64,000 bases of DNA from an uncultured Chloroflexia bacterium. GTDB taxonomy: Bacteria; Chloroflexota; Limnocylindria; Limnocylindrales; CSP1-4. Positions 60,640 to 64,000 of this stretch are shown here, one piece after another (the stretch's first letter is position 1; each line of letters starts with the position of its first letter). Both the position numbers and the translations under genes were made by a program. The notes beneath the pieces were generated by a model. The model worked only from the letters and a program-made list of their open reading frames with translations, was not told the origin of the DNA and searched no databases. The stretch is from assembly GCA_963768655.1 (NCBI GenBank), contig CAVYIM010000009.1, forward strand, positions 1 through 64,000. Reading direction: 5' to 3'.

Positions 60640-61433
60640 AGGCGCGCCCTGAAGATGTCGGTGCCGTTCTGGCCGGTCAGGCGATAGGCCCAGCCGCCTT
60701 CGTGCGGCCAGGTCCGCCCCAGCAGCGGCTCGTCGCGCTCGGCGGAGCTGGCGAAGTCCAGGAGATAGCGGCGCGGCACCGTCCGCATTGCCTCGACCTG
60801 CCCGGCCGCTTCCAGCGCCTCCTCGAAGTAGTCGAGGTAGACGCTGTTGTTGACGTGGTCCAGCGGGTCCAGGTCGCGGCGGTGTACGTGGAAGCGCCGC
60901 TCGACGGCGTCCAGCGGCGCCTGCGGCAGCGCCACCTTGAGCATCTCGAAACTGGCGGCGCCGTCGACGACGAACTTGTGGAAGTCGTCCGGCACGCGCG
61001 TCGGAACGCCCCGCTCGTTGGTCATGACCCAGTCGATCTCCAGGCGCGCCAGTAGCTCGCCCGACGGGTTGCGGACGTCGGTTTCGCGCCGGGCGCTGAT
61101 GCGCCGATAGCCCGCGACTCGCGTGCTCACGAACACCCCGTCGTAGGTGTGGATCGGCGCCAGGACGTCCAGGCGGATCGCCCGAACCAGCCAGAAGAGG
61201 CCGCGCTCGGTGTACCAATCGCGCCCGAACCCGAGCAGCGTCGAGTGCTGCCAGGCGACGTCGGCTGTCCAGGCCAGGTAGATCGCCGCCCGGATCGTCT
61301 CGCTGACGGTCGACTCCTCGAAGCGGACCCTGAAGGGACGAACGATCCGGTAGGGCAGCTCGTCGCGCAGGGCCGCCGGAATCTCCGGCGCGCCGGCAGG
61401 CGTCGCGGCCTCGTCGAGGACCCACTCACTCAC
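60624..61433 (-). CDS. Acyl-ACP thioesterase (double hotdog fold)
   Basis: FRVRFEE, WLVRA, RRDLDPLDHVNNSVYLDY. Confidence 0.88.
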   Translation of the reverse strand: MSEWVLDEAATPAGAPEIPAALRDELPYRIVRPFRVRFEESTVSETIRAAIYLAWTADVAWQHSTLLGFGRDWYTERGLFWLVRAIRLDVLAPIHTYDGVFVSTRVAGYRRISARRETDVRNPSGELLARLEIDWVMTNERGVPTRVPDDFHKFVVDGAASFEMLKVALPQAPLDAVERRFHVHRRDLDPLDHVNNSVYLDYFEEALEAAGQVEAMRTVPRRYLLDFASSAERDEPLLGRTWPHEGGWAYRLTGQNGTDIFRARLEGLG

Positions 61434-62505
61434 GGGCGAGCCCCCCGAGCTCGTCGATGGTCTCCAGGGCGACCAGCCGCGTCCCCTCGCGGCGGGCGGT
61501 CGATCGAGCGAGCCGGATCGCGGCCGACCTTCGGGCGTCGAAGACCACCAGGGCGACGGTGAGGTCGACCTCCTCGTCGGCGGCGTGCGACCGGGCGTCG
61601 TCGAGCTGGTTGAGGACGTCGGCGTTGATGCCCCGGGCGCCCCACTTGCAGTCGTACACGGCAGGCCGCTCCGGCAACTCGACCGTGACGTCGTAGGGGT
61701 GGATCTCCGCCGGGACGCCGTCGAAGAGGACGCGCCGCTCCCGGCGCACGGGTCCGTCACGGCGGGCGAGCAGCTGCGCGGTCAACTCTTCGACGACGGC
61801 GCCGCGGTACGAGCTGCGGGCCTGCTCGCCGCGATTGGCGACCTCGAGGGAGGCCGCAAGGAGGCTCTCGGCGTGGGCGCGCAACTCGGCCGCGGGCCCC
61901 GCGCCTGCGGGCCCCTCGCCAAAGAGCGCCGGAAACATCCACCGCCAGATCTCGGGGTCGGTTCGCTCGCCGTTCATCACGGCGCGGGCCATCCAGCGCT
62001 CCGCCGGGGTGGCAGCGGCGAGCAGCACCGCCACTCTCGCGACGAGCGGGTCGGCCTGTATCCCGGCGTAGACCACGGTTCGAGCGTCGCGGGCGGCGTC
62101 CTGGAATCTCGATCGGTGGAACCGCAGCAGCACGCCGAAGGGCGAGTCGTCGTCGGGACCCGGCGGTTCGGGCCCGGCCGCCTCCGTGCCTTCGGCCGAG
62201 GCCGACTCGGGCCCCTCGACGTCTCCGCCGAGTGCGATCGCCACCACGTGCGGGAAGGTCGAGAGCCAGTCGATGGCCCGATGCGGGTCGCTTATCAGCC
62301 CGATCTCGGCGATCGCCTCGTCCACGGCCGCAGCCGCCCCGACGGGGAGCGGCGCCGTCCCGCCGCCCAACGCGCGGATGCTCGGCAGATACGCGTCGGT
62401 CAAATCCGTGACGTACTGCCACTCGTCCTCGACCGTCTCGGCCAGGTCGGCCAGGGCGCGGTAGGCCACGGCGGCGCGTTCGGCGGCGTCGGCTCTCTCG
62501 CTCAC
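61426..62505 (-). CDS. Hypothetical protein with possible C-terminal PD-(D/E)XK nuclease-like domain
   Basis: RGAVVEEL..HPYDV..VYDCKWG..VLNQL spacing. Confidence 0.55.
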   Translation of the reverse strand: MSERADAAERAAVAYRALADLAETVEDEWQYVTDLTDAYLPSIRALGGGTAPLPVGAAAAVDEAIAEIGLISDPHRAIDWLSTFPHVVAIALGGDVEGPESASAEGTEAAGPEPPGPDDDSPFGVLLRFHRSRFQDAARDARTVVYAGIQADPLVARVAVLLAAATPAERWMARAVMNGERTDPEIWRWMFPALFGEGPAGAGPAAELRAHAESLLAASLEVANRGEQARSSYRGAVVEELTAQLLARRDGPVRRERRVLFDGVPAEIHPYDVTVELPERPAVYDCKWGARGINADVLNQLDDARSHAADEEVDLTVALVVFDARRSAAIRLARSTARREGTRLVALETIDELGGLARE

Positions 62506-62539
62506 CCGCCAAGCGTACCGGATGCGCAGAGGCGCCGAC

Positions 62540-63925
62540 CTATGGAAAGATCCAGGTCAGGCCCCCGTCGTGGGTCTCGGCGAACTCGCCCTTGTCGGGC
62601 AGCGAGCCCATGCAACCGTTCACGGGCGGCGGGCAGACCGGGTTGATCTCGAAGATGGCCCAGCCGTCCGTCGCGCTCACGAACGAGACGGCCATGATGT
62701 GCCAGCCGGCCGGGACGGCTCCGGTCGAGGTCGTCCAGGTCTCGCCGGCGTCGGAAGTGGCTCGCACTTGTATGGCCCCATCGCCAGTCGTGAAGTCCAG
62801 CCATGTCTGACCGTCCACGATTGCCCAGACGTCCGTCTCCGATTCGGCAGACGCGGTGAACGCCGGCCGCCAGCTCAGACCGGCGTCGGCGCTCACGTAT
62901 GCGGTAGGCTCGTAAGGGGTGGTGGGGCCGCCTATAAAGGCAAGCAGGACCAGCTGAGGGCCGAAGGCGCGCAGTAGAGACACACCGGCGTACCGCGGGG
63001 CCGCCGATCCGCTGGTAGCGGGCAGACTCACGGTGGACCAGTGCGCCCCGCCATCTTGCGTCCGCAGGACCGCCCGCCAGCCCGCGATCACGCCATCGAG
63101 CGGGCCCGAGAAGACGATGACCGGGAGAGGACCGCTCATCGGAGGCTCGTCGGGCAGCGTCACGGCGCGGACGCGCTGCAGGCTCGCTCCCCCGTTGCCG
63201 GTCCTGTACAGTACCCACGGTTCCGCGCTCTGGCTGTTGTCGGCCGATAGCAGCAAGTAGCCCGTCGATGCCGAGACGAAGCTCATGCTGGCGCTCATGC
63301 CCGTCCTCCCGGCCGGCAAGGCGGTTTCCTGCCAGCTCCGGCCGCCGTCGGCCGTCCGCCAGAGCGGGCCGTCGGCACCGAGGAACCAGCCGTGATTAGC
63401 GTCGACGAATTCGATGATCGGCTGGCTTGACTGGCCGGGTGGCGTGGCATCCCGCCAGGTCGCCCCGGCGTCGTCAGTGATGATGAGGTGCGGGGTTGTG
63501 AACATGGCCGAGCTCGACACGTAAGCCCAGCCGGTCGTCTCGTCGATCCGCCCTATGGCGGCGACACGTAGTCCTGGTGAGGCGATTAAGGACAGCGGCG
63601 ACGCGGACGGGCTAGGCGACCCAGACAGGATCGGCGACCCGGACGGGTTGACCACGGCACTCGCAGAGGCCGAAGGCGCGACGGCCGAGCGCTGGCGCGA
63701 GAGGCCGAAGCCAACGCCGGCGACGACCAGGGTGATCAGCAGGACTGCAGCCAAACCAGCCACCGAATGCCGCGATCGGCCTCGCTTCATCACGCCAACC
63801 TCGACCTTCGCGCTCAGCACTTCCGGTCGCGCCGCGGGCGGACGCGACATGGCCGTGAGATCCGCCCACTCCCCGATGCGGCGATCCGCGCCGCCGCGAT
63901 CTTCCGTCGATTGGCCGTTCATCAC
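62540..63925 (-). CDS. Single-TM protein with extracellular BNR/Ycf48-like beta-propeller; probable anti-sigma factor
   Basis: Repeated Asp-box T.DGG.(S/T)W and FVD...GW; overlaps the upstream sigma stop. Confidence 0.78.
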   Translation of the reverse strand: MMNGQSTEDRGGADRRIGEWADLTAMSRPPAARPEVLSAKVEVGVMKRGRSRHSVAGLAAVLLITLVVAGVGFGLSRQRSAVAPSASASAVVNPSGSPILSGSPSPSASPLSLIASPGLRVAAIGRIDETTGWAYVSSSAMFTTPHLIITDDAGATWRDATPPGQSSQPIIEFVDANHGWFLGADGPLWRTADGGRSWQETALPAGRTGMSASMSFVSASTGYLLLSADNSQSAEPWVLYRTGNGGASLQRVRAVTLPDEPPMSGPLPVIVFSGPLDGVIAGWRAVLRTQDGGAHWSTVSLPATSGSAAPRYAGVSLLRAFGPQLVLLAFIGGPTTPYEPTAYVSADAGLSWRPAFTASAESETDVWAIVDGQTWLDFTTGDGAIQVRATSDAGETWTTSTGAVPAGWHIMAVSFVSATDGWAIFEINPVCPPPVNGCMGSLPDKGEFAETHDGGLTWIFP

Positions 63926-64000
63926 GCTTCCTCCAGCTTCCGCCGGGCGCGGAAGACCGCGGACCGAACCGCCGCGGAAGTCGTACCGAGAGCCGCCGCC
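63922..64000 (-). CDS. C-terminus of an ECF sigma factor (partial)
   Basis: Minus frame reads AAALGTTSAAVRSAVFRARRKLEEA*, a sigma4 HTH tail. Confidence 0.7.
   Translation of the reverse strand, partial: AAALGTTSAAVRSAVFRARRKLEEA

Overview
High-GC (roughly 70% by eye) bacterial chromosome segment. Gene content and protein style suggest Chloroflexota, possibly Limnocylindria-like; this is an inference. Contents: (1) a surface-protein/ECF-sigma/FecR anti-sigma locus in which the anti-sigma and its neighbour share a repeated FN3-like domain. (2) Housekeeping genes: thiolase, ABC exporter, GT2 plus flippase, VKOR-DsbA, ribokinase, an ltaE-DUF885-HisA-like-cyclophilin cluster, tRNA-Asp and tRNA-Arg. 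(3) A candidate ~190-nt sRNA. (4) An accessory-looking region with PilZ and MCP genes, two near-identical 1489-bp IS256-family copies (one disrupting a HAD gene), two LCP proteins and large secreted repeat proteins. (5) A DEAD-box helicase, a tRNA 3' fragment, two RHH-PIN toxin-antitoxin pairs and UvrD2. (6) A complete nickel-pincer-nucleotide cluster (larB/C/E plus a LarA homolog) embedded with an IolB/KduI isomerase, a mannonate-oxidoreductase-like SDR and gluconokinase. This suggests a glucuronate-fructuronate-mannonate-gluconate-6-phosphogluconate route and is the best candidate for a new system. Many genes look leaderless. All calls are from motif recognition by eye; no searches were run.
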